64,000 bases of DNA from Diadema antillarum (GCF_040938485.1 NW_027271037.1:868001-932000), one strand, 5' to 3'. Positions 12,886 through 25,473 are shown, counted from the stretch's first letter. Numbers and translations are program-made. Notes: generated by a model not told the origin, from the letters alone.

Positions 12886-14679
12886 GATAAACGTTTGAAT
12901 GACTAACTAACTAAATGAATATGTTAATGAATAGTTTAATAAATAAGCAGATAAATGAATGAATAAATGAATAAATATATAAGTACATTGAATAAATGAG
13001 TGAATAAATAAAGAGATTAATAAATTATTTAATACTTGACATGTCCAATTTAACAGTCTTTAATAGTCACACAATATACATCAGTTCGCTAGCTGACCGA
13101 AAGAGTCGGATTCAAATTTTAGGAGATACNNNNNNNNNNNNNNNNNNNNNNNNNNNNNNNNNNNNNNNNNNNNNNNNNNNNNNNNNNNNNNNNNNNNNNN
13201 NNNNNNNNNNNNNNNNNNNNNNNNNNNNNNNNNNNNNNNNNNNNNNNNNNNNNNNNNNNNNNNGGTTTCCATGTGTAAATGTTTACAAGGTGAAATTTGC
13301 GCTTCATCCATCACGTCCCATGCATGTATGTTGTTGTTGTTGTTCATTTTCTACACCAGTAGTATATCTTTATACTTTTGTAATGATTTCGTACATAATT
13401 TTACACAAAGTACAGCCGCTTTGCCATATAACAGTATAAAAGAGCGATAAAAAGAAAACGACAGGTAACCGCGTTCTATGGTGTGTATCAATACATGCGT
13501 GCGTGATGTGGCTGTGGATGTTTAAACTGCCGTGTTGATATTCAAAGTCGAATGATAGTTCGACAGCTGGTATGGACTTGAAATTGCTTTTTGACATTGG
13601 GTGTTTTAAAACGCGTATGATTGACTTTGGTGTTGTTCAAAGGAAATACTGATTGAAATAATTTCAGCGTCATGATACTGTAGCTTGGAGTCTTGAGAAT
13701 TATTGATGTAGAAGCATGACGGTGGGAAAAATACGATGTGGATCAAGACGACATTTATTTCACTATTCATAGTCTATATAGATTCACTGCAAGGTTGCAG
13801 GAGAAGAGGAGAGATTTTTGTTTTTGGAATGACTCACTCCAAAGAGAAAAAGGCACACACACACACACACACAAAACACACAAAAAAACTTGCAACTCCA
13901 TAGATCAAGATGATGGGGAAGAATGTACAAACCTGTATATGACACAACACAGTAACTAAAAGTCACGAAAATGTTGGATAGAATGCGTATGTTTTGTGTA
14001 TATTTTGCTTTTATAAAGTTGTTGAGTTTCCCGGTTGTCAGAGTGGACTGAAGTCGTAGAATAGGTGGACACCATGAGATTATTAAACAGGTTTTCTGTT
14101 CCGAGGTGTTATTCATATTCTAACGGAGAGGGCGCTATATTGCTAAAACGAAACGTACGCACTCTGACGCTCAGATTTTGTGAATGGTCGGCTCCTTAAA
14201 AAAAGCGCCGCACGGGCCAAGTGCTAAAAGCGCCGCGCAGCGGGCTTTTGAATGGGAGGATTTAAAAGAACGCGGCGAAACAATAGAAGACCGCTGAGCG
14301 GGAGCGCCGCTGTTTTCCTGGAGCGTGTAATCTGCCAAGGCGCCTAAATGTACAGTAACAATGAGCTTTACATGGTGATGATGCGGAAAATAAGGCTAAG
14401 AATAAAGAGATATATCCTCAGTAATGATCAATTTCTGAATGGAAATGTCCTCTTTTATTTAGTGGCCTCGTGATAATTATTGAAAGGGACGAGACTACTA
14501 AAGACTAGTTCTTCTCAGCAGTTAGAAACGTTATGAAATATGTCTTCCATAAACATTATAACAATAAGATCGAGTGGAGGCTTAGATATTATGTTTTACT
14601 ATTTTCAGCTTATCTATGTTGAAAGCGTAAAGAAACATTCGGACACTCCCAAACTGTCAATTTCCCTATTTAATCCTTC

Positions 14680-15395
14680 TTCCGATCATGGAAAGTAATT
14701 GGTACTCACGAAAATTCTATGACGACAGCCGTTCAGAACAGATTGGAGACAATCTTCAGAAGGACCAGGGGTAGACTAATAGACACTGGGGTAGTTTTCA
14801 TCTCCTTTATACAAACTTGTTCCAATCAGCCCACGAAAGCCACATCCCTCTTGCATCAACCTCATCCCCCCCCCCCTCTCTCTCTCTCTCTCCAATCATT
14901 CTTCGATTCATATCCCTTAGAAGTTCAGTTTTTACTCATAAAAACCATTATACATTGATGACGGCTCAATGATATAAAATAACCAAAGGGACAGTAACAA
15001 ATTCTGGGTAGACGGCGCGAATGTCAATGATCACGGCGCCGTCAAGGAGAGACAAACTATAGGTAGATCTGTTTTAAAATCAGAAATCACAACGCTCTTA
15101 TCCTCATCAAAATTGATGTGACCCCGACAAATATTCTCTTCTTCTCTCTCGAGTGGCTGTTTATCAACCTTGTATAGTACTAGAACAGAACTGCGAGTAT
15201 TTTCCAAGGCTGTTAAAGGATGGATAGCTTCATCAAATTTCAGGGTCATTCCATGATTCAAGTACAAGGGACCCCACTTGTATTTGCCTGCTAAAGAGTG
15301 GAGATTTAACACGTTTAACCTAAACAGATAACTCTGGAAGTCAGAAAGAGACACGGCTACTGGCATAATTCCTATTCCTGCATAAAATGATATCT
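14680..15395. repeat. Paralog of the lectin upstream block (others ~34740-35490, ~45730-46480, ~56450-57240), with no lectin exon next to it
   Basis: Shared gacgacagccg..gattggagacaatcttc, gggtagttttcatctcctttatacaaa and tcagaaagag.cacggct motifs. Homology resumes at 21836, after the large insertion. Confidence 0.85.
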
Positions 15396-16253
15396 TAGTC
15401 CAGCGGATATAGAAAAAATCATGCACTTAATGGTAAAAGCACCATATTTGGTACACATGTACATGATGCCAATACAAGTCATTTCTGATATGGAAGCCAC
15501 TCTGATTCTGCCAGTGACTCTCGCTTTCTCTGGTCCCTGGACTTTGGAATGAAAATCATAGTTTTCAATCAATTAGTACATCTGTTTTCTTTGGAAAAAT
15601 GACACTAAGTGTGAGAAAACTTCTAAAACTTCTTGGGTCACTTACATCAAATGTAAACACACTATATGTATGTCTATAAAATCCATGATTGACCAGGCTG
15701 TTCTGATACTTATAACTACACTGAATCTTATACATCAAACGATAAAGTAAAATTAATAGTGGCAGTGGGCAGGTCCTTCTGGTCCTGTACGGGTAGAAAG
15801 ACGTTCCCGCCCTCCACGAGTCTTCCGCTTCCTTGCGGGCAGTTTTCTGGTTAATCAAAGGCTAGGGAGTAAACCTTATCCAAATCCGGAGCGGAACCCC
15901 TATAATGCCCCAGTCACACAGTGCTTTACGATGGATTACGTCCGCCGCGGATAGATACGAATGAGTGGACGCAGGGGGACGCAGCGTGGACGCAGGCATC
16001 CGCAGGGACGTATGTAGACGTAACTGTCCGTAACTCATCCGTAAAGAAACGCAAAATGACGTCGCCGAACCTGCGAAATTTTGAAATGTTCAAAATTTCG
16101 CAGAGGGACGCCACGGACGCAAACTTACGCAAGTAACCGTAACCAAACGTAACTATCCGTAACTGAACGTAACTACCCGTGGCTTGGTCGCAAACCATCC
16201 GCAAAAAAATTTACCTCCCGTCCGTTTGCGTTCACTTACGTCCACCGTAAGTA

Positions 16254-17473
16254 CTAGGTGTTTCAAAAAACATTTCCCACTTTTGATCATTAATAGTGCA
16301 AAACCTATTCATCCGATAAAACTGTCATTAATATGAGTAATAGCTGAATAGTGTACAATTTTGTTGAAGGTGATTTAAATGTGAAAGCATAAATCAGTTT
16401 CATTAAATCTAAGATTGATTTTGAAGTAAGGTTTCAGATTTTGGTCAAATTTTAACCCTCTGTACAAAAATTGAACTTTGCACAAGAACCAATGATGTGT
16501 ATGTGAGTGTGTGCTGACAATGGCCATGAACAATGGACATGCCTGAACCACCTGTTGCCTAGGCGTCAGTCTCGCGCTCCCTGGCACATGAATGCTTAAT
16601 CAATAATTCATGTGGATTGCCCTGGGCACTGCTAGTCTGAATTCATGCACGGTAAAGGGTAAAATGTATGCACATGGAAAAAGTAAGCACATGTTTCCAT
16701 GTGCTTGCAAACACCACATTTCATTCCAGCTGGCAATCATTTTCAAATTTTGCTTCACATATCACTAAATTTGGGATATAAATAAGCATAAATGATCTAA
16801 AGTTCCTCATTTTAATACAATTGTCTTCTAATTAGATAGTTGACAAATTTTTCGCTTTTTTGATAAAAAGATATTATTTTTGGTAAAGAGTTCAGCAGCA
16901 TTTATCATTGGGGCGATTTGTTTCACAGTAGATTTATTTAAGGCTCCATATACACAAGTGTATAGTCCAATTGATTTCTTTGCTTCGTGTCACCATGTTT
17001 ACGATAGAACAGAAGGTATTCATTGTAATTTCGTTTTTCAGAAGTAGGGAGAACACTGTCGCGACTCAACGACAGTATTGGCAGGCGTTTGACTTTACAC
17101 AGATACTGCCAGAGGCTGAATAAAGACTAGTTGTGATAGTGAAATTTCTCATGAATAAATAATGAAGCATTCAAAGCCTGGCCATTGTTCAGGACCATTG
17201 TCAGGGTGTTAACCACACACTCCCATACACACCCATTTACCCCTGTGCAAAGTGAAATTTTGTACAGAGGGTTGAAAATAGAGCAAAATCTGGAACCTAA
17301 CTGTGAAATTAATCATGAATTTCATGATACTGATTTATGCTTTCATATTTAAACCACCTTCAACCAAATTGTACACTATTCAGCTATCACTCATATCAAT
17401 GACAGTGTTATCTGATAAATAGTTATTGAATTATTAAGAATCAAAAGTGGGAAATGTTTTTTGAAACACCTAG
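16254..17473. mobile_element. Tc1/mariner-type fold-back MITE nested in the Harbinger-like element
   Basis: Termini ctaggtgtttcaaaaaacatttcccacttttgat / atcaaaagtgggaaatgttttttgaaacacctag. Long imperfect inverted arms of about 280 bp. TA TSD on both sides. Confidence 0.88.
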
Positions 17474-18441
17474 TATCTGAAATTAACCGGAAGTTAACGT
17501 ATTACAACAGTTTTATCCGCTTACGGATACTTACGGACAGCTACGGATGTTGCGGACAATTACTTCCTTCGACGTTTTCCGTCTTCCACTCGCATGGGAA
17601 CACAGAGACCCGTGGGAAGGCACACTACTCCTGTTGCCAAGCTGCAGCGCCTTAGAATGCTACAACACAGTCGGAACGGTGGAGAGGCAGAACTGCATGG
17701 ACAAATTATGACACATCTCCCACAATTAATGGTCATTTTAAGTGGCACCCATATAACATGACTGTATACTCATGACATCGGTTGACTCTTGGTGCTGAAC
17801 TTTTTTTTTGTACTCTTCGAATGTATATTTTTCGAAAAAAGCAATATTTAGCGTAGGGGATGGGGTGACAGCATTTTATTAACTTTTCTGGCCGGGGAAG
17901 GTGTGGGACAAGGGCAGCTATATAAAATGAGAACGAATTTGGTATTTCTATATAGTCTTACCCATGCACTTTACGCTCCATCGAATGTGTATTGCATTTT
18001 TTTATAATAATACTACTACTAATAATAATAATACTAATACTACTACTACCACTACTACTAATACTACTACTACTAATAATAATAATAAAGGACATCTATA
18101 TTGCGCAGCTACTATAATAATATACTCTACTGCGCATTACAAAATGACATGCATACAAGAAATTCAAACAGAAAATACATTACTTCAAGAGATGACTTGA
18201 TGTGGTACTTGGGTGTGGGAGGGGTGTTTAAAGGTTTTGATGTCTTTTTTTCTGTAAATTTAATAAGCATTGCTTTATCATAAATATCTCCTTAACATAA
18301 CCCAGTAAGTCATGAATATCGCTGAACAACGACAGCGTAACCACAGTTTGTCTATTCCATGACTGCAAGTAATATTTTCTTACTCTAATGTTTAACTTTT
18401 TGATCTATATTGTATTTTATTTGTGGTATAGTGATGTTATA

Positions 18442-18803
18442 TGTGACCCTGCACCACAAAACACACAAAAAGTCGCCACACATGAAATTTTAGTCGGAGC
18501 ATGTTCTGAAAGAGCAGACTTTAAGCTTTAAAATGATGAATTACTCAAATCAAATGGACTCTCCTAACCTATCTAAATATTGGAAAGAATGCACACACTC
18601 AGAAAAAGTGTAAACTGAGAAAAGAGGCTCTGAAGTACAGTGTCTATTCAAGCGCTTAATCTTTATCAAGCCGTGCTGGTTGTGCGATGAATGGGACAAA
18701 AAACAGGATGGAAACCACCGGAGTAACAACAATGAGGGGATTATCAGATTAAACTGAAATTAATAACAATAATGATAATGATAATAATGATGATAATAAT
18801 AAC

Positions 18804-18838
<35 letters not shown>

Positions 18839-18963
18839 TAAGGCCTTATTTACCCAGGGTAGCCAAGTCAAGATCGGCTCGGTTGACCCATTTCACCTAT
18901 TTTCAGTCCCCACACAAAATCAGTGTGTGCGATTTTTTGTTCGTTTTGTGATGCACGGTCACA
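18442..18963. mobile_element. TA-flanked MITE (TGTGACC termini), internally deleted, containing (AAT)n; same family as 47312-48387
   Basis: TIRs tgtgaccctgcaccacaaaac / gttttgtgatgcacggtcaca flanked by TA. Its interior is the reverse complement of part of 47312-48387. Confidence 0.82.
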
Positions 18964-21900
18964 TACATTCTTTACATTTATGACGTTTATTCATATTTGA
19001 GTTGCACAAACAAAATTCAAACTTCAAGTTCAAAATTTCATATATCTTTTATTATTGTAAAGTAAATTAAAGGATTACGATTTTTTCACAACTTGTACGT
19101 AATTCAATTTCAGTTTTCCCCAGTGTACAATGTAAGACAGTCCTAAATGTGATAACCTTGCTGTCATAATACACTGACTTAGCAGGGATCGTAAGAGAAA
19201 ACCAAATTGTCCATAATTATTCATAACAATCTGTAACTATCCGTAACTATTCGAAAAAATGCGCAACTCTCCGCAAGTGTTCAGAACTATTATGTGCCAA
19301 TTCGTAAGAATATCCGCAAGTGGACGCAAGTATTCGCATCTGGTCGTATCTGTCCGTATCGCCCGCATTTTTTGCCCGCATGTTTTGTACAAATTTCTGG
19401 TGACGGCAAAGGATCCGCGGGGGTCCGCGGAAAAAATGACTTTTTTGGACGTAACGCCGGACGCAGAGCATTATGTGACTGGGGCTTAAGGCAGTTAGGT
19501 GTTGTAGTTCATCATCTCTCCGGCAAATATGATAGGTATTATACAATACATCTTTATAGGTTTACATCTAATTGTCATTTGCAGCTCCACATGAGTCTAC
19601 TAGCAAAATATAAACTACATGAAAAATTATGCTAATTTATGAATTTAAGGAAAACCTCAAAGAAATACAAATGTTTAGGTTCATAATTATTGGAAGATAA
19701 AACTGCAGAATAAAATATTCAGTAAATCGATCTTACTTACCGGCACCAGTAGAAATACTGAAGACATTCTCTAAAGCGCACCTGCATCTATATATGCATT
19801 CACGTTCATCACCGCTCAGCAATGGATGATCAGGAACAATAATTGTTTTGGATTGTCAGAGCAGGGAGGTGTCTCACCTCCCTGGTCAGAGCTAATTCGA
19901 TTCCTTCATATGATTCCTTATAATTTTGTGTAACAGTTTTGACAAGGTCATACTATGAAATAATGAACAAGAACTTAAAACAAACTGTAGAAATCAGTAG
20001 GTCTTATAAGGCTGCAATAATCATGTCTTTGTGGCTGGAAACTATGCCAGTACACTTATTGTACTCTCCTGTCTATGCATCCAAAATTGGGGGGAAAGTC
20101 TTCTATTCCATTCTCACCATTTTATTCTACCTTTGATATTCAACATAATTATCTTTAGTATTCCACGTATGCAACAATTGTACTTATGTGATGTTCAACA
20201 CCTACTTGAATAGTGAATGTGATAGAGGTATGGTCAATCAACAACAATCAATGAACAATAAAGAACTAAACGCCGCAACGACATAGGAGGTTCATTTACC
20301 AATAATAGGTGAACGATTCTTGTCAATGGGACAATACATAATGGCAACTGAGGGTGTATTTATAATACATAGAGGGTGGCCCCTCAGAAAATGGAAACGA
20401 ATATTTTTCCAAAACCAACACGAAATTGTCCAATTTGGTTGAGTACTTTTCTTTCTAGACATGTTTTTGTTAATCATTAATTTCTTACTTTATTTTATCA
20501 AAGCTCAGCAACGGAGACTACCCAACAATTGAAGGTCAATCTTCGACAATAATCCTATTCAAGCATTCCACATTGTGATGTGCGGCCTCAATTCTTTGTT
20601 AGTCTCCCAAGTGGCTTTTGTTCAATGCTGAAATTTGTTGAATTGAGCTAAGAAATTTACGCTCGACCCGTCTTTACAAAAAAAATCTGTAGAATGAAAA
20701 CTGCTCAACCAAATCGGATGATTTTGGTGTCATTCTTCTCACAACTCTATGTCATTCATTTTGGCATCAAAGTAATGCAAATGTGCAAATATTTGCGAAA
20801 ACTCGCGTTTCCGTTAATTCTAGGCCACACTGTGTGTGCATACTCTATGTAGTGCGGCAGGCATATTTATCAAAATGGACATGAAAACGAAATATGTTAG
20901 TTCTATTCATCAACAAATGCTTGTTTTGAATCATTGACCCCAATTAGTTTCAAAGACGTACAGTATAGTATATATTGCGGTGGCCATATTTTAAAATGGC
21001 AGCCAAAACATAGGATGTGATGGTTGTATACACGAAAAGATGTATCCATTTAAATAATTGAACCTCAAAAACATATTTTTGTACCAGAATCATGAAGATG
21101 CATCCATTGGTTTTAAAGATATATGAATAGAATGTACAGCGGCAGCCATGTTTAACTGGAGGGAGGCCATATTTATTAAAATATAATGGCCACCAAAACA
21201 AAGGATGTGATGAACCTATTCACTTTGCTAAAACATCATTATATTGAAAACCTTCACCCCAAATCTATACTTTTACACTTGAATCGTGATTATATATTCA
21301 TTGAGTTCGAAGATATACAATATTCATTATCCGTTGTATGGCAGCCATATTTATTAAAATGGCCGCCAAAACGTAGGATGAAACTATTCATTCTCACTTA
21401 CAGTTGAATTTATCGGAGTCCTTGACGCCAAAAACATATAAGTTGGTATCATAGTCATGACCCTTTGTCCATACGTTTTAAGGAGATGTTATATCTAGCA
21501 TGGTGGCCATATTTTTTCAAAATGGCCGCCAAGAAGTAGGTTGCCATGGTTTTATCCACTCAAAAATTATTTTATTGGAATCCTTGACCCTCAAAACCTA
21601 TACTTTGGTACAAGAATAACGACAATCGGACTTATAGTTTCCAAAATACACAGCATTGCTATATCACATAGCGGCCATTTTGAAAAATGGCCGCCACGGC
21701 CGCCACAGGCAGAATCAGAGTGGCTTCCATATCAGAAATGACTTGTATTGGCATCATGTACATGTGTACCAAATATGGTGCTTTTACCATAATGTGCATG
21801 ATTCACCCTATATGTGCCCTATATCCGCTAGACTATCTGAACTGGTAGGCAGAACGTAGAAGGACGCACTCTGTTGAAATAAGTTTTGCGTAGCAAACCT

Positions 21901-22392
21901 CTCAAAATGAAAGTGTGACCGACGTTATTGCCGCTACCGCTCTTTCTCTCTCTCCCTCTTTCCTGGGTTCCCCTTTATATACCCTAACAAGCCCCTTACT
22001 CTCCTCCGTTAGGTCCTCTTAAATATACTTGGCACCCATTTTAGAATGACAATTTTCTGAATGTCTAATTCAAAGTCTACACCAACAAATTCTATAAAGT
22101 TCCCTCAATAAATTATAAACTTACTACATATCTCTTATACGAAAATTTCCGGATCTTCCACTAAAAGTGTGCTCCAGATTGTTGAATTTCAATTCTAAAA
22201 ATGCAAAAGCTCCCTCGAATGGGAGGTGTGATACCCCACCCCGTCCGACCCTCCCCTTATCCCGCTCTATGGACTATTTGGGAGTGTAAGTTTTCCAAAT
22301 ATGCAACAAAATCTGTGCATCAGAAAGTTATTAAAATCATAAAATATTCCCCGAGACACTGTATGCTTGTATGTATATACACATATAATGTA

Positions 22393-22395
<3 letters not shown>

Positions 22396-22453
<58 letters not shown>
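22396..22453. repeat. (TA)n microsatellite; further tracts at 25475-25520, 25761-25826, 26346-26390, 36016-36067, 47190-47227 and 9316-9358
   Basis: Direct reading. Confidence 0.98.
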
Positions 22454-22455
<2 letters not shown>

Positions 22456-22512
22456 ACATCAAATCTTGCACATTAATAGACGTGGCTGGTGTTGGGTAGC
22501 ACCCCTTTAATC

Positions 22513-22547
22513 ATCGAGCTTTCGGGCGAAAAGCCCTTCTTCAGGAT
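22513..22547 (-). ncRNA. Minimal type I hammerhead ribozyme at the 3' end of the Penelope-like element
   Basis: Minus strand reads ATC-CTGAAGA-A-GGGC-TTTTC-GCCC-GAAA-GCTC-GAT: core CUGANGA and GAAA, 4-bp stem II, 3-bp stem I (ATC/GAT), palindromic AGCT in place of stem III, predicted cleavage after CUC. Confidence 0.8.
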
Positions 22548-23433
22548 CTATACAGTCAATGACAACAACGTATAAATAAAATCAACCTAGGTATAAAATC
22601 ATACTAAACTCAACTAGCCTCATATACTATACATTTCAAAATATACTCAACATAAAACATACCTCAATTCAGCGCATTTTATAACAAAAAACAAATCAGC
22701 ATACTATTACTAAATACAATCGCAAAAACAAAACTTACTGTGTTGGTGCTGAGTGTGGTCTTGTAGTGTTGTCTGTGTGAAGATTGTGGTCGGGTGTATC
22801 TTATATGTATTTGTGTATATGGGGGGGGGGGGGGGGCGTTCCTGTACTAAGGCTCGTTCTCAATAATCAATCAAAAACTACCAATACTCAAGAATTTTCA
22901 CCATCCAACAATACAAAAAAACTTCCAAATTACCATTACAATTTCTACATATTAATACACCTCTTGTAATACATACAAACATACATATCCGCATACATAA
23001 TATAATTTATACACATGAATCTATTTATCCAAATACTTACATACTTACAACCACGTTACTTTAACTACAGTTCAACTTTCCCAAAATACATATACCATTA
23101 TTACATTACCTATTATATATCTACCTACACTTACATCAATCACTAATTCTATCTGACTAAAAATTATTCTAACCTTCTCAAACGATAACATATTTATCAC
23201 ATACTAACATTCAATTAATCTGACAAATATCATAATAATCTAAAAAATAACATATTTTTATACACTAACATTCAATTAATCTCCTCTCATCTATCTCTAT
23301 ATAATACACCCTCATACATCTATTCAATACTTTCCCATGATTCAAAAACAAAATATATATACAAACATACATACATACTTACATTTATTTCTACAATTAC
23401 TCATACATATCTGACAATCAGTAATAAAAAACA

Positions 23434-25401
23434 TTAAGGTTCTATGTTAATTCCGTTTGGGTGGAGGGTTTTTAACTTGTCAATCCAAAAGGATTCTCGG
23501 CGTAATGTTGTCGTGTGTGATTTGCTCTCGATAGCTTCGATGGCTGTAAGTTGTAGGTTGGATAATGAGTGTGAGGGTAGGTTGAAATGTTTGGTGTATG
23601 GGAGTGTTTTGTGATGTGGGTTGTGGTAGTTACGTATTTCTGATAGTGTGTTGTTGATTCTTGTGTACAGTGTTGTTTCTGTTTTCCCGACGTACTGTTT
23701 ATGACAGAGTGAGCATGTTAGGAGGTATATGACGCATGTGGATTTGCAGTTGATGTGTGAGGAGATCTTGAATTGTCTACCTGTGGTTGTGCTTTGGAAT
23801 GTTGTAGTTTCTACGATGTGTTGGTGAAGGTTACATTTTCGTGAGTTGCAACGGTAGAATCCGTTAGGTTTGTGTGATGGCGTGCTGGGGGAGGGGTCTT
23901 TGGCCCGAACTAAGAGGTCTCTTATTGTGCGTCCACGGCGGAAGGAGATGGTAGGGGGTTTGGGGAATAATTCCCGGGTGTTGTCAGATTGTTGTAGAGT
24001 CTGGTGGTGTTTGTGTGTGATGTGAGGTAGTTTGGCAGTGGCAGGCGAGTATGTGATTGGAAAGAATATGTCCTGTTTATGTGTGTCGCCTCCCTTTCTG
24101 TAGGAGAGAAGTTCATCACGTGGTGTGTGTCTTGCCCGTGTTATCTGGTTGTGGACCATTTGTTTGTTGTAGCCTCGTTGGATGAAATGTTGTGCGAGTT
24201 GTTGTAGGTGGTGTTCCAGTGACTCTGTGTTTGAGCATATCCGTGTGACGCGTAGGGCTTGGCTGTAGACAATACCCTTGAAAGAGTGTGCTGGGTGACA
24301 GGATGTGGGGAGGAGGTATGTGTGGGTGTCAGTGGGTTTGGTGTAAAGTTCTGTGTGAAGTTGTGAGTCCGCGTGTTTGATTGTGACGTCGAGAAAGTGT
24401 GTTTGTTCGGGTGAGGAGTCAAACGTGAATTTGATGGTTGGGTGTATGTTGTTCATTTTCTCTTGGAGTGATGCGAGGGAGCGGGGGGAGCCGTTCCATA
24501 GGAAGAAGATGTCACCAATGTAGCGTCGCCATGAAGTTTTGAGGAGAGGAGGATTTGTCAACGATAGTATGGCATGTTCTACTTTGCCCATAAAGATGTT
24601 GGCGTATGTGGGGGCAACCGGGGTTCCCATAGCGGTCCCTTGGATCTGTAGGTAATGTTCACCATTAAATGAGAAGTTGTTGAGTGTGAGTACGAGATGG
24701 AGGAGGCGGAGGAGTTGGTCTGTCGGTGGGTGTGTATTTGTTCTGGTGTTGAGTGCTTCTTTGCATGCTTGCATGCCTTCTTGGTGGGGTATGTTTGTGT
24801 ACAGCGATGTGACGTCTGCAGTGACGAGGAGTGTTCTTGAAGAGAGTGGGGTGTGATGTGTGTTGATGTCGAGGATGTGGTTCAGGAAGTGGGTTGTGTC
24901 TTTTAGATAGGATGGCAGTCGTTGTGCGAGTGGTCTGAGGTGAAAATCTAGGAACCTTGAAATTTCTACAGTAGGGCAGGAGCAGCCAGATACGATAGGG
25001 CGCCCTGGGTTGTTTTGCTTGTGAATCTTTGGGAGGAAATACAAGCTTGGGCATACTGGGTTTTTTGGTACCAGATACCTTTTTGTGTCAGAGTCTACAT
25101 CTAAAGACTGGACTGCATCTTTCACTTTCTGTAAGTGTTGTGGGGTGGGATCCGCAGGGAGTTTTTTGTATGTGGTACTGTTTGATAATTGTCTGTCTCC
25201 TTCTGCAATGTAGTCATTTGTGGACATTATGACAACCGCCGAGCCTTTATCAGCTGGTTTGATGATAATATCCTTCTTTGACTTCAGTGCCTTCAGTGCT
25301 TCCCGTTCATCCTTTGTGAGATTATCAATGTGTCGCGATGAGTTATATGATTTGGCATTGTCCTCCATTTCTGACTGTATATTGCTGAGGTAGACACTCA
25401 A
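23434..25401 (-). CDS. Penelope-like RT plus GIY-YIG endonuclease, 655 codons, 5'-truncated (no ATG start), catalytic Asp mutated
   Basis: IIIKPADKGSAVV, YFLPKIHK...PGRPIVS, LVTADVTSLYTNIP, QIQGTAMGTPVAPTYANIFM, WRRYIGD (normally YIDD), FLDVTI, LYTKPTD, Cys/His linker CNSRKCNLHQH, VIYLLTCSLCHKQYVGKT (GIY-YIG) and RESFWIDKLKTLHPNGIN. Confidence 0.95.
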   Translation of the reverse strand: MSVYLSNIQSEMEDNAKSYNSSRHIDNLTKDEREALKALKSKKDIIIKPADKGSAVVIMSTNDYIAEGDRQLSNSTTYKKLPADPTPQHLQKVKDAVQSLDVDSDTKRYLVPKNPVCPSLYFLPKIHKQNNPGRPIVSGCSCPTVEISRFLDFHLRPLAQRLPSYLKDTTHFLNHILDINTHHTPLSSRTLLVTADVTSLYTNIPHQEGMQACKEALNTRTNTHPPTDQLLRLLHLVLTLNNFSFNGEHYLQIQGTAMGTPVAPTYANIFMGKVEHAILSLTNPPLLKTSWRRYIGDIFFLWNGSPRSLASLQEKMNNIHPTIKFTFDSSPEQTHFLDVTIKHADSQLHTELYTKPTDTHTYLLPTSCHPAHSFKGIVYSQALRVTRICSNTESLEHHLQQLAQHFIQRGYNKQMVHNQITRARHTPRDELLSYRKGGDTHKQDIFFPITYSPATAKLPHITHKHHQTLQQSDNTRELFPKPPTISFRRGRTIRDLLVRAKDPSPSTPSHKPNGFYRCNSRKCNLHQHIVETTTFQSTTTGRQFKISSHINCKSTCVIYLLTCSLCHKQYVGKTETTLYTRINNTLSEIRNYHNPHHKTLPYTKHFNLPSHSLSNLQLTAIEAIESKSHTTTLRRESFWIDKLKTLHPNGINIEP

Positions 25402-25473
25402 GTGGGGGTTTACAACAATAGATTTACTGTTCTTGCACCGCCCGCCATGTTGTGGTTAAGTCTTTTGATGCCA

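Larger units (their letters stand above)
15906..19486. mobile_element. Non-autonomous PIF/Harbinger-like element nested in the Academ-like element
   Basis: TIRs (t)gccccagtcacacagtgct / agcattatgtgactggggct. TSD TAA at 15903-05 and 19487-89. Subterminal repeats of ccgtaac/ccgca motifs. No transposase ORF. Confidence 0.8.
15396..21835. mobile_element. Non-autonomous DNA transposon, Academ-like, 6.4 kb including nested elements
   Basis: ~120-bp TIRs (tagtccagcggatat...aagcaccatatttggtacacatgtacatgatgccaatacaagtcatttctgatatggaagccactctgattctgcc and its reverse complement at ~21706-21835). 3-bp TSD TCT at 15393-95 and 21836-38. Empty site tatatctgaagtgg in the paralog at ~35483. The superfamily is inferred only from TAG termini and the 3-bp TSD. 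Confidence 0.8.
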
